A stretch of DNA of 64,000 nucleotides from Octopus vulgaris (Eukaryota), in NCBI GenBank assembly GCA_951406725.2, contig OX597820.1, positions 14,074,001 through 14,138,000 of the forward strand, given 5' to 3'. The position numbers were made by a program, and so were the translations under genes. The notes beneath the pieces were generated by a model that was not told the DNA's origin, ran no database searches, and saw only the letters and a program-made list of their open reading frames with translations. Below are positions 1 to 11,810 of the stretch, one piece after another; within the stretch, counting starts at the first letter, position 1, and each line of letters starts with the position of its first letter.

Positions 1-148
1 TACGTAACTGGTACTTAATTTATTGGCCCCGAAAGGATGAAAGGCAAGGTCGACCTCATCAGAATTTGAATGCAGAATATAGCAGCAGACAAAATATCGC
101 TAAGCCTTTCACTCGGAGTGCTAATGATTCTGACAGCTCGGTACCTTA
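1..148 (-). mobile_element. tRNA-derived SINE family A (Meta-like core), partial
   Basis: Shares the core GCCTTTCATCCTTTCGGGG..ATAAATTAAGTACCAG (minus strand) and decayed A/B boxes with copies at 4506 and 33212. Confidence 0.8.
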
Positions 149-164
149 AATAATAATTATTATT

Positions 165-385
165 ATTCCTTCTACTCTTGGCACAAGACCTAGAAAATTT
201 TGGGGGAAGAGAACTAGTTGATTATATCGACCCCAGTGTTTCACTGGTACTTAATTTATCTACCCTGAAAGGATAAAAGGCAAAGTCAACCTTGGTGGAA
301 TTTGAACTCTGAACGCAGCAGCAGACAAAATACCGCTAATCAATGCTTCGTCCCATGTGCTAACGTTTCTGCCAGCTAGCCGCCA
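165..385 (-). mobile_element. tRNA-derived SINE family A
   Basis: Minus-strand head GGCGGCTAGCTGGCAGAAACGTTAGC, B box GAGTTCAAATTCC, same core. Confidence 0.85.
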
Positions 386-683
386 TGAAATTAACGAATG
401 TCGAAAACAATTACGGATATTATAATAAATGAAATATTTTGTGTAATAAAAGAAATGAGTGAAAAATTGTTTGGTGTGTGTCGTGGTATCTTTTTTTTTT
501 ATGTCCCCACAGCCCCTAACTTTAGAACCTGGCTATACCTCTGGATAGGAGCTCTTGGGAGATGAGATAATAGTGACAGGGGGCCAGAGCAAACCCTGAA
601 GGTGCAAGAGAGGATAGGGACAAGAGAGAAACAGAGAACAAAGAATCAGAAGGGAGAAAGAGCAAGTGGAATTGTATGAGTAT

Positions 684-1778
684 GCAAGGAGGGGTCAGAT
701 ATTTGTAAGGAGGGGTCAGACATTCGCAAGGAGGGGTCAGATATTTGCAAGGAGGGGTCAGATATTCGCAAGGAGGGGTCAGATATTCACAAGGAGGGGT
801 CAGATATTCGCAAGGAGGGGGTCAGATATTTGCAAGGAGGGGTCGGATATTCGCAATGAAGAGTCAGATATTCACAAGGAGGGGTCAGATATTCGCAAGG
901 AGGGGTCAGATATTCGCAAGGAGGGGGTCAGATATTCGCAAGGAGGGGTCAGATATTCGCAATGAAGAGTCAGATATTCACAAGGAGGGGTCAGATATTC
1001 GCAAGGAGGGGTCAGATATTCGCAAGGAGGGGTCAGATATTCGCAAGGAGGGGTCAGATATTCGCAAGGAGGGGTCAGATATTCACAAGGAGGGGTCAGA
1101 TATTCACAAGGAGGGGTCAGATATTCGCAAGGAGGGGTCAGATATTCGGAAGGAGGGGTCAGATATTCGCAATGAAGAGTCAGATATTCACAAGGAGGGG
1201 TCAGATATTCGCAAGGAGGGGTCAGATATTCACAAGGAGGGGTCAGATATTCGCAAGGAGGGGTCAGAAATTCGCAAGGAGGTGGTCAGATATTCGCAAG
1301 AAGGGGTGAGATATTCGCAATGAGGGGTCAGATATTCGCAAGAAGGGGTCAGATATTCGCAATGAGGAGTCAGATATTCACAAGGAGGGGTCAGATATTC
1401 GCAAGGAGGGTCAGATATTTGCAAGGAGGGTCAGATATTCGCAAGGAGGGGTCAGATATTTGCAAGGAGGGGTCAGATATTTACAAGGAGGGGTCAGATA
1501 TTTGCAAGGAGGGGTCAGATATTCACAAGGAGGGGTCAAATATTTACAAGGAGGGGTCAAATATTCGCAAGGAGGAGTCAGATATTCGCAAGGAGGGGTC
1601 AGATATTCGCAAGGAGGGGTCAGAAATTCGCAAGGAGGTGGTCAGATATTCGCAAGAAGGGGTCAGATATTCGCAAGGAGGGGTCAGATATTTGCAAGGA
1701 GGGTGTCAAATATTCGCAAGGAAGGGACAGATATTCGCAAGGAGGGGTCAGATATTCGCAAGGAGGGGGTCAGATATT
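684..1778. repeat. 21-bp minisatellite, ~52 units (CAAGGAGGGGTCAGATATTCG)
   Basis: Directly visible tandem units with recurring variants. Confidence 0.97.
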
Positions 1779-2292
1779 ATTAGGTTACTGAAATGACATA
1801 GGCTTTTACCAGATTGCCATGACCTTCCAAGGACGGCTTCCTTTCAATTCATATCTGAGTGAGATTGACCTCATTGCCTGTTTCTCTGCCACTGAAAATC
1901 TGGGGGTGACTCAGATCACAATAGACTTACCAGTGTGCTTAGTCCATTCATAAACACTGACCAGGGACTAAGTTATAAACCCACTCCTTATCTTGATTAA
2001 TTCTTGCACCTGTTACAACTTCACATTCCTCTGTCAGTTTAGCATGATTCACCTTGATTTATGGATGTCCAACACTGTAACAATGACAATACATATACAG
2101 AATTTACTTTCCTAAGATAACTTTCTACACACACCACAGTTTTTTTCCACAATAAGGACTCTAGAACAGGGGTTCTGAACCTGGGTTCATATGACCCCGA
2201 TGGAGTCATTTTTGCATGCAATAAATTGGTTATATTTTTACAGTAATACCCAAAATATTTTACCAATTTTTTCTACAATTCCTAATAACAAT

Positions 2293-3353
2293 TAACCGTT
2301 TAGCATTCAGATTATTCTGTGAAATTTAATTCTTATTTGATCTTTTTACTCTCTTTACTCTTTTAAGTGTTTCAGTCATTTGACTGCGGCCACGCTGGAG
2401 CACCGCCTTTAGTCGAGCAGATCAACCCCAGGACTTATTCTTTGTAAGCCTAGTACTTATTCTATCTATCTCTTTTGCCAAACCGCTAAGTTACGGGAAC
2501 ATAAACACACCACCATCGGTTGTCAAGCGATGTTGGGGGGACAAACACAGATACACAAACAAACACACACACATATACATATATATATATATACGACGGG
2601 CTTCTTTCAGTTTCTGTCTACCAAATCCACTCACAAGGCTTCGGTCGGCCTGAGGCTAAAGTAGAAGACACTTGCCCAAGCAGCCACGCAGTGGGACTGA
2701 ACCCGGGACCATGTGGTTGGTAAGCAAGCTACTTACCACACATTTACCCCATTTATTCAGATTTATAATGGAAGGAAGGTTTTTATGATACTTTTGGGGA
2801 ATCTTCTTCTTCCATTATAATTATTCTGTTGATTCAAGGAGCTGGAAATACGAAGAATGAAGTCTCAGGTGGAGCAAATTCAATAACCGTTTCTTCACAG
2901 GTGCTTCGTACATGGGGTTTGCTTCCAGTAACCATCTTCACAGCAGTGCATAGTTAGCATTCTCTCCCATACACATGAGGTTCAATGACCTCTGGGGACA
3001 ATGCATGTGGTATCACAGTGGGACAAAAGTCCGTTGTGAGCTCCTGGATTTGAAGTTTTGCTCGGTGTCAGCGTAAGAAGAATGAGAGGGAAAATGTTGT
3101 CTTTTCCTTAAATAATGGTTGCAGGTGAGATCCCATTGTTTCAAAATGGCACTGGCTCCTTTGTGCATCGCTACACATTCTTTTGAATTAACTATGCATT
3201 ATCTTGTAGCTTTAAGATTTCAATGGTGTGTTTGTATATATTTTTAGAATGGCATTGCAGGGTAGGTGTGAGAGGTTGGATATGGTCAGATCTAACATAA
3301 AACAGGTAGAATATTTGGGTTGGATTTGGCTGGATTAAATGCTAAAGGATTAA
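2293..3353. mobile_element. TTAA-flanked (piggyBac-type) MITE split into 2293-2340 and ~3172-3353
   Basis: Terminal inverted repeats TTAACCGTTTAGCATT ... AATGCTAAAGGATTAA. Confidence 0.7.
2341..2741 (-). mobile_element. tRNA-derived SINE family B with internal (CA)/(TA) microsatellite
   Basis: Minus-strand GGTTCAGTCCCACTGCGTGGC, CORE-like TTGGGCAAGTGTCTT, (AGTAAAAG)n tail. Confidence 0.9.
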
Positions 3354-3924
3354 CTATAAAAATATAATAAGATCATTTTTAAACATCAAATGACTCTGAG
3401 GCATCAAAAGGGTCCATAGGGAAAAAAAATGGTAGACAGGCGTTGGTCTCGAGTGAAAGTATACAGAAGCAATGAGAGACAGCAGCTTTCACAGACAGAG
3501 AACATGATGCCAGACAATTCCAATTGGCAATTGCTTCCTTTGATTATAAACTGCAGCATAGATATAGAGATCCAGTCTTTGAGACAAAATAATAAAAAAA
3601 AAAGCCAGCTGTGCTATGACAGCTGCCTGAGACAGTGGCACCAAATTAAATAGACTTTGCTTCATCAGTGAAAATAAATATTTATGACATAACATTGAAG
3701 GTGGTGTAAGAAATAAATGGAAACTAAGATTAGTTAGATATTTCAAAGAAAGAAATGAACAAAATGCAACCCGGCACAGACAAGAGACAGTAGTCTCCCC
3801 CACTGGGAGCAATACCGATGAGATGTAGGTTGGCGGGGAAATTGTTGACTGTAAAGAATAACCTCGTTAGTACGAGACGATGCTTCACTTTTTGACAGGT
3901 CTTTATTTAGACAAATATTGATTA

Positions 3925-4128
3925 GTAGAACTGGTAGAGTGTCAGACAAAATGCTTAGTGGCATCATTTGTTCCAGTTCTAGGCATTCTGAGTTCAAATC
4001 CAGTTGGGGTCATCTTGGTCTTTGGAGGTTAATAGAATAAAGTACCAGTTGAGTATTGGAGTCAATGTAATTGACTTACCTCCATTTCTTTTCAAATTGG
4101 TGACCTTGTGCCAAAATTTGAAAGAATC
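3925..4128 (+). mobile_element. Degenerate SINE family A
   Basis: AAATGCTTAG, GAGTTCAAATCC, TAAAGTACCAG, CCTTGTGCCAAAATTTGAAA followed by (ATT)n. Confidence 0.7.
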
Positions 4129-4138
4129 ATAATTATTA

Positions 4139-4204
<66 letters not shown>

Positions 4205-4205
4205 T

Positions 4206-4406
4206 CCAGTGGAAAGAATCAGTATTATTATTTTGGTTTGTCTCAGGTTTGGTGTTATTTCTGGTAGGGATTATGTGGGTAGATGGTTATTACCTGTAGC
4301 CTTAGGTATCCACAATCTTTCAACAGTCTTTCAAGTGCTTAGAACCCTCCTGATAATCCTTGCTGTCCCTAAAAGCCCAGCTTTCTGTAGGAGCTCTACA
4401 GGTTGA
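4206..4406 (-). mobile_element. 3' end of an R4/Dong-type non-LTR retrotransposon
   Basis: Minus strand 4405-4331 reads PVELLQKAGLLGTARIIRRVLST*, the typical C-terminus of R4-clade ORFs; the 3' UTR runs into (TAA)n. Confidence 0.65.
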
Positions 4407-4738
4407 CCCCAGTACTGGTACTTAATTTATCAACCCCGAAAGGATGAAAGGCAAAATTGACCTCAGCAGAATTTGAACTCAGAACATAAAGACAGACAAA
4501 ATACCTATTTCTTTACTGTCCACAAGGGGCTAAACACAGAGAGGACAAACAAGGACAGACAAACGGATTAAGTCAATTATATCGACCCCAGTGCATAACT
4601 GGTACTTAATTTATAGACCCCGAAAGGATGAAAGGCAAAGTGGACTCCGGCGGAATTTGAACTCAGAATGTAACAGCAGACGAAATACCGCTAAGCATTT
4701 CGCCCAGCGTGCTAACGTTTCTGCCAGCTCGCCGCCTT
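4405..4738 (-). mobile_element. Two tandem SINE family A copies (partial 4405-4505, full 4506-4738)
   Basis: Core occurs twice; intact head AAGGCGGCGAGCTGGCAGAAACGTTAGC on the minus strand. Confidence 0.88.
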
Positions 4739-5658
4739 ACATACATGCCTCTATAATGACATACCACACAACTGAGGTTGTGAGGTTGTTATGAGTTCAT
4801 ACTGCAGTGAGTGTTGTTGTTGTTGTTACTATTGTTGAGGTCGTTGCTGATGGGCCTGCTTTACACTGCTTTTTGTTATGTAAATCTTGCTCCTGTTAAG
4901 ATTGTTTTCAGTCAAGATAATGCAAGTGATGTGCAAGTTCACTCATAAACATTTGGTGTAAAAATGTCAAATATATTAGGATTATGTTCTGGTTTTATAT
5001 TTCTTCGTCTTTGAAATCTTCTTATTGTTTTGACGGAACTAAAGACAGAAATTCTCTCTATTAAGGTTTCACAAACAACGGCAAAACTAACAATAACAAC
5101 ATCATTAATAAAAACAGCATCAACAACAACAACAACAACAGCAGCAGCAGCAACAACACTAACAGAGACAACATTAATGGTAACAATAACAACAACAACA
5201 ACAGGTTTGATATGTAACTATGGTAACATTATCATAGAGTGAAAACAATTAGATCACCTGTAACACCACCATCACCACCACCACCAATAACAACAACAAC
5301 AGCAGCAATTCTATCCCTTATAGGGAATTACAATAACAGGTTGAATATATAGCCTTTGTTAACTGGTGGAAACCTAGAAATCTCTGCTTTTGGGTACCTT
5401 ATGTAAACACAAAATAGGTGTACATGTATTTTAACGACTCTACACATCTCAGTGACTTCTGAATGTGGAGAATTAGTGGCTCAAGCTACAGAGACTCCCT
5501 GATCTCCGAGCTATGCACCCTGTCGAACAACCTTATTCGAGAGACCCTTCAGAAGAACCCCATTTTGGTCACTTGTATTTTTGATTATGTTACGGGGACA
5601 TAAGCACACCAGCATTGGTTGTCAAGCGATGTTGGGGGGTGACATTCTTTTGTGTGTG

Positions 5659-5955
5659 TGAAGGTGCATGGTTTAGTGGTTAGGCTATTTGGCTCACAGT
5701 CATAAGGTTGAGAGTTCAATTCCAGGTGGCATGTTGTGTCCTTGAGCAAGACACTTTATTTCCCATTGCCCCAGTCCAAACGAGTCATACCCATGATTCA
5801 AGGGATTAGCTTGTCACACTCTGTGTCATGCTGAATCTACCTGGGAACTACTTGAAGGGTATGTGTGCTTGTGGAGCACTCAGCCACTCGCATGATAATC
5901 TTACAAGCAGGCTGTTCCATTGATCAGATCAACGTGAACCTTTGTCTTCATAACC
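5659..5955 (+). mobile_element. tRNA-derived SINE family C, degenerate
   Basis: TGGTTTAGTGGTTAGG A box, GAGTTCAATTCC B box, CORE-like GTCCTTGAGCAAGACACTT. Confidence 0.75.
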
Positions 5956-5990
5956 AAAGTAGTACCAGTTATTTTGTTTGTAATTCTAAA

Positions 5991-6277
5991 TCTGTTGTGT
6001 CTGGGGAGAATCATTTTCTTTTTGTGCCTTATTATGTAACACACTCACCAGTAAAATTTCCACTGTTTTCTTATTTTTATTGTCCTAAAATTTTCGTTGC
6101 GTCTTGCAACCTTTTCGAAATTTTTAGGACAATAAAAATAAGAAAGTGGAAATTTTACTGGTGAGTATGATCCATTATAAGGCACAAAAAGAAAATGACT
6201 CTCCCCAGACACAACAGAATATGCTTCAACACACAAACCCTTATAAAGAATCTTGCAAACCAAATCCCAAAATGAAA
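5991..6277. mobile_element. Palindromic retro-insertion: two inverted copies of the repeat also found at 15388-15572, with a 16-bp TSD
   Basis: Arms 5991-6096 and 6116-6218; direct repeat TAATTCTAAATCTGTT at 5981-5996 and 6278-6293. Confidence 0.8.
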
Positions 6278-6419
6278 TAATTCTAAATCTGTTATATTGC
6301 TAATCCACTTGGGAAAGACACAGGCATCTTAGCATCACATTTCTCTAATAAATCTGAAGGTGGTGGAAACATAAGAAACACTTAATTCAAATTCATAAGC
6401 AACATCAGAATAATTCACC

Positions 6420-6930
6420 CAAAAGCGACGTAAAGGTGTTCCTTCTATTAACTTCAAACTAAGGGCTTCCAAGCTGACATCTATCTCGATAAAGTTCCTC
6501 TGTTATCTCATTCTTGTTTCAGATATACAGGAGATCTGCTCTAAAGATCTAAAGACAACAGAGAGGAATTACCTAAGTATGCTCTGTTGGATGTATAATG
6601 TCAACTTGTTAGGGAATGCAGAGCAAAGAGAATGATGAATATATGTCAGTGTTGTTGTTGTTGTTGCTGTTGTCGTTGTTGTTGTTTAACTGTAGATCAA
6701 TGCTGACTGAACAGATCTATGATTCGGCCGCTATTTCTATAATATTGAACAATCGCATAAAGGTTTTGAATACAATGAAGCGGGCAAGAGAGATGACCGT
6801 TCTGGTTTGTGATGCAAATGAATGAAAGATGCTGAGGGGAAAAAGGTATCACAGGCTTGTTGATGGTATGTACCCGTAGGGGACAAAGATGCATGATCTC
6901 AGGAAGCTAGGTTTCACTGAAGACACGAAG
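6420..6930 (+). mobile_element. Old degenerate RTE LINE ORF 3' fragment
   Basis: Remnants ERNYLSMLCWMYNV and HDLRKLGFTED align by eye with the better RTE copy at 25387. Confidence 0.5.
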
Positions 6931-7009
6931 GAAAGGTAAGTAAATAACTGGGTTTTTCAGTAGCCCCTACAAAACCATACAATCATGAGCCCCAAAAATG
7001 AATGAACGC

Positions 7010-7428
7010 AGGCGTAGGAGTGGCTGTGTAGTAAGTAGCTTGCTTACCAACAACATGGTTCCAGGTTCAATCCCACTGCGTGGCACCTTGGCCAAGTGTC
7101 TTCTACTATAGCCTCGGGCCGATCAAAGCCTTGTGAGTGGATTTGGTAGACGGAAACTGAAAGAAGCCCATTGTATATATGTATATATATATATGTATAT
7201 ATATATGTATGTGTGTCTGTGTTTGTCCCCCCGACATCGCTTGACAACCGATGCTGGTGTGTTTACGTTTACGTCCCCGTAACTTAGCGGTTCGGCAAAA
7301 GAGAATGATAGAATAAGTGCTAAGCTTACAAAGAATAAGTCCTGTGGTCAATTTGCTTGACTAAAGGCGGTGCTCCAGCGTGGCCACAGTCAAAATGACT
7401 GAAACAAGTAAAAGAGTAAAAGAGAGAG
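7010..7428 (+). mobile_element. SINE family B, full length
   Basis: GGCGTAGGAGTGGCTGTGTAGTAAG head, internal (TA)/(TG), GACTGAAACAAGTAAAAGAG tail. Confidence 0.92.
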
Positions 7429-7754
7429 AACAATGAAACATTTATACTAATGAGGAGTAAGAGAAGCAGAAGGAAGAAAAGAAAAACTCTGACTCATATT
7501 CCTGAGTATTTATCATTTCTATCAGTTTTTTCCAGCACAAGGTTCAGTCTTCGTTGTGTGTGTATGTATATATACATATACATATATATACCATAAAACT
7601 CCATTTAATTTACGCACCTTTTTCACAAAAACAAAATATAAACTTAAGGGGGTGCATAAATTACATGAGTAGATTGTTTCCAGGATTTTTAGAAATTTTT
7701 TCCCTGTTGAAAAAAGACATACAAAATGTAAACATTTGTACCAGAAGTTGAGTC

Positions 7755-7856
7755 ATATGGACCCCTAAGTGTTATGTGAACCCCTAAGTGTTATATGGAC
7801 CCGTAAGTGTTGAATGGACTCCTAAGTGTTGTATGGAGCCCTGTTGAAAACCAGTG
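7755..7856. repeat. 19-bp tandem repeat (ATGGACCCCTAAGTGTTAT, ~4.5 units) at a hAT-MITE-like end
   Basis: Visible tandem units followed by GTTGAAAACCAGTG. Confidence 0.65.
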
Positions 7857-7930
7857 TTTTAGAGTAATGGGTTGAAACTGCAAGAAGTCTGTATGGCACT
7901 AACGAGAAAGGTTAAACTAAGAAATTGACG

Positions 7931-8622
7931 TAACCCTTCCATTACTGTATTTCTGTTGAGATGTTCTGTGTTTCTTTCAATTGATTTTAAATATAACAAA
8001 GAATTTAGTAAAATAACTAAGTTATCATTAAGCTAGTGTTAGCAACATAAATTGTGACTAAGGTTTGGTGGAAGATTAAGACATTTGTACTACAGAGCCA
8101 GAAGCAGTTTCAATCGGGTTGGTATCAAAGAGGTTAAGAATTATTTCTCTATTATATATTTTAACCATTTTGTTACCATATTTCTGTTGAGATGCTCTGT
8201 GTTTCTTTCAATTACTTTAAATATAATAAAGAATTTAGTAAAATAACTTAGTTATCATTAAGCTAGTGTTGGGAACATAAATTGTGACTAAGGTTTAGTG
8301 GAAGATTAAGATTTGTGCTACAGAGCCAGAAGCAGTTTCAACTGGGTTGGTATCAAAAGGGTTAAGAATTGTTTCTCTATTATATATTTTAACCTTTTTG
8401 TTACTTTGTTCCCATATTTCTGTTGAGATGCTCTGTGTTTCTTTCAATTAATTTTAAATATAACAAAGAATTTAGTAAAATAATTTAGATATCATTCAGC
8501 TAGTGTTAGGAACATAAATTGTGACTAAAGTTTGGTGGAAGATTTTAATTCAAAACTTATGAAAACAAGATATTTGTACTACAGAGCCAGAGTTTCAGCC
8601 AGGTTGGTAACGAAAGGGTTAA
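7931..8622. mobile_element. Three tandem copies of a TTAA-flanked MITE (7931-8137, 8161-8365, 8389-8622)
   Basis: Each copy is bounded by (T)TAACC.TT..TTAC ... GGTA.C.AA.GGTTAA inverted termini; bodies are near-identical. Confidence 0.88.
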
Positions 8623-9142
8623 AGCAAAAGAAAGAAGACTTGGTTAATGCCTAGGACAACAGACTAAAAGACAGGAGAGGTGAGGTAGGTAAATAAATAA
8701 ATAAATAAAGCCAAAGAAAGAACCAACAATAAATAAATAACAAAGAACAACAGCAAAAAAAAACTAGCTTCCGTAAGAGAATAGGAATATCTCAGAACTA
8801 AAACATCATATAAAAATGTTTATCTTCTTAGCAAAACGTTTAAGTTATGGCCACACCTGGTACCAACCAAAATAGATAATAGATATATAAATAAAGAGAT
8901 GGGAGGGCAGGGTTGGGCTGAGTTAATGTGGGGAGAAAAAAAAAGGATACTATATGGGCTGGGGTGTTGCTGAAAGGATTCAATGAGGCAAAAAAAAATG
9001 GATTGTTTTTATGGAAAAGATGGAAACAGAGACACATATGTTGCATTGAAAAGTCTGCCAGGAGACAACTTTTAACAGGCACCTACCAAAACATAACAGT
9101 CAATACTGTTATTATTATTTTTATTATTATTATTATTATTAT

Positions 9143-9176
<34 letters not shown>

Positions 9177-9177
9177 C

Positions 9178-9219
<42 letters not shown>

Positions 9220-9253
9220 AGGCGATGAGCTGGCAGAATCATTACCATGATTT

Positions 9254-9254
<1 letters not shown>

Positions 9255-9284
<30 letters not shown>

Positions 9285-11337
9285 CAAAATGTCTCTGTGT
9301 GTGTGTGTATGTGTATGCTTTTTATGCGTTTCCACATTTTTCATCAGATTTTGATGAAATTTTTTTTATCCATTGGCAAATTTACCCAGGCAGGTCACTA
9401 CTACATTACTGATGCCTAGAGATACCCCCTTCTAGGAGAGAAATCGATAAAACTGAAGGGACCCCACCCACTTTTTGTACAAAAAAGGCAGAAGTTGCCC
9501 ATGGGAAACGTTTTTACAGGAATGTTTGATTTTTATAATTTTGGTGTCAAAAGGACTGTCATGTTGCAACATTTCACACAAATATTTTGGCACTGCCTTG
9601 GGGCCTCTGATTCCCAAGAAAATTGTGAAAAACTTTGAAAAAAATCGATTTTTCACATTTTTGCAAAGTTATACTGTAGAAAACTTTTTACTGGAAAGTC
9701 CAATTTCTTTGGTTTTTACAGGTAAAAAACCACCATGTAACAGCGGTTCTATCAAGTATCTGCTCTATGTTCAAAGGCATCCCTGTGTGACAAAAAACTG
9801 TGAAGAAATCGATTTTTTTCAAGTTTTGCATCTTGAGAATGATCAGAGAGTCTACTTCTCCAGCTCTAATGCTGTTCAGCTGGCTCAAGAACCCAAGGAC
9901 ACCGGGCTCACCACCTTCTTCAAACTATGCACCAATGACCCCTTCCCCAAGACCCTCCTGTATCCTCAGGTTCCATCATATTACATTTGGAAAAAGCATT
10001 TGGGAATCAAGGACAACCTGTCGAGGGACAGTGAAACTTAAAATCTTCCCACACCCTTGGAAGAGTTTACACACTTTGCCCTAACCAACAGGAATTTTTT
10101 TACCTTTGCCTACTGCTGCATGAGGTCATGGGACCAACATCTTTCAATGGTCTGAAAAGCTTCAATGGTGAAGTTTTTGCTACCTACCACGAAGCCTGCC
10201 TTAAATGAGGCCTGCTAGAAGACAGCACTCAGTGGAACACAACAATGGCAGAAGCAGCTACAATATGCTCGGTGAGGAGTCTTCAAAAGCTCTTTGCAGT
10301 ACTACTGCAAACATGCAAACTCGGTGACCCTGTAACCTTATGGGAGAAATACAAGAAAGACAAGGACAACTTCTGTTGTCTCACTTGAACGTCAGTTTCA
10401 ACGATGAATTCTTCAACAGAACACTCAGCAGTGGTAATGACCTTTCATTTTATGGTCTACCGAAAGTCAGCAGAACAGGCTTGCACACACTACCAACAGG
10501 CATTATTCAGGAAACAACCTACGACATCGATGCTCTTCAACAATACATCAATGAAAATGAGCCAGAGTTGCTTCAGGACCAGCAGCATGCATACAGCGCT
10601 GTCTACACTTTCATTCGTGAACGCAAAGGAGGTATTTTCTTTTTAGATGCCCCAGGAGGAACTGGTAAAACATTCGTGACTAAACTCTCCTTGCAAAAGT
10701 ACGCCAGCAAAAGGGGATCGCTTTAGCTGTAGCTTCTTCCAGAATTGCCACGACTCTATTACCTGGGAGTAGAACGGCTCATTTGATCTTCAAACTCCTG
10801 TTCAATGCTTCTGTGTCCGACTCAGCCACCTGTAATATTACAAAAGACTCAGACAAAGCAGAAGTGCTGCAAAGGTACCAGCTCTTTGTTTGGGACGAAT
10901 GCACCATGGCACATAAAGGATCCCTTGAAGCACTGGACGGGACCTTGAAAAACATCAGGGGCTGCATTACCTCCACAGGAGGCATTTTCCTTCTTCTGTC
11001 TGGTGATTTCAGACAAACCCTATCCATAATTCCAAAAGGCACCAGACCCAACGCTGTAATGGCTTCCATTAAGTTATCTTCCCTGTGGCAGGACGTGACA
11101 ATTTTGACTCTTGCAACAAATATGAGGGCCCAGTTTTTTCGTGACAACTTATTGGGTGACTTCTCCAAGCAACTTCCCACCATTGGTGATGGCACAGCTC
11201 CCTCTGATGCAGCTGGAGAGGTGGCTGTCTCACATGTAGGCACACCTGAGGACGACCTTACAACTCCTGTTTTTCACAATCTGCACATAAACTACCAAAA
11301 CCTGAATTAGCTGTGCAAAAGGGCCATATTAGCTCCC
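9255..11337 (+). mobile_element. Decayed Helitron: putative 5' region plus RepHel fragment
   Basis: Probable 5' region TATATAAAATTCAAAATGTC...CAGATTTTGATGAAATT; RepHel coding relic downstream. Confidence 0.85.
9826..11337 (+). pseudogene. Helitron RepHel / PIF1-family helicase pseudogene (frameshifts, stops)
   Basis: LHLENDQRVYF, FFKLCTNDPF.KTLLY, GPTSFNGLK, Walker A FLDAPGGTGKTF, Walker B VWDECTM, LLSGDFRQ, RAILAP. Confidence 0.92.
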
Positions 11338-11810
11338 ATATATATATGTGTGTATACATCAAAAATTCTACGTTGGGGTAGTATGTGTGTATACAAACAT
11401 ATATATTTACACACACATATATGTGTGTATACAAACATATATATTTACACACACACATATATGTGTGTATACAAACATATATATATATATACACACACAC
11501 ATATGTGTGTATACAAACATATATATATATATACACACACACACACATGTGTACAAACATATATATATACACACACACACATGTGTACAAACATATATAT
11601 ATACACACACACACACACACATATAAATGCCCATACATACATACACACACACGTGTACAAACATATACACACACAAACATATATATGTACATATATACAT
11701 ACATACACACACATATATGTACATACACACGCACACATATATACATGTATATATAGGTATACACACGCACACACACATATACACACATATATAGACAACA
11801 CACACACATG
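11338..11810. repeat. Compound (TA)/(CA) microsatellite with a ~32-36 bp higher-order unit
   Basis: Recurring ATGTGTGTATACAAACATATATAT anchors. Confidence 0.9.

Larger units (their letters stand above)
2167..3445. mobile_element. Probable hAT-type MITE, interrupted by nested insertions
   Basis: CAGGGGTTCTGAACCTGGG start at 2167; GGGTCCATAGGGAAAAAAAATGG near 3410-3432 resembles the far end. Confidence 0.4.

Noticed and set aside
666-1796. Overlapping ORFs (RRGQIFA / KEGSDIR / QGGVRYS repeats) as a repeat protein or CRISPR array
   Set aside because: By-product of a stop-free 21-mer; indels shift frame repeatedly; no unique spacers and no cas genes
1930-2010. Minus-strand exon ending at a GTAAGT donor
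   Set aside because: No polypyrimidine acceptor and no recognisable peptide
6524-6577. Apparent exon after TTCTTGTTTCAG (DIQEICSKDLKTTERNYL)
   Set aside because: The frame continues into RTE-like ERN..SML.WM.NV; better explained as a LINE relic
10340-11310. Host PIF1 helicase gene
   Set aside because: Intronless, multiply frameshifted and preceded by Helitron RepHel motifs
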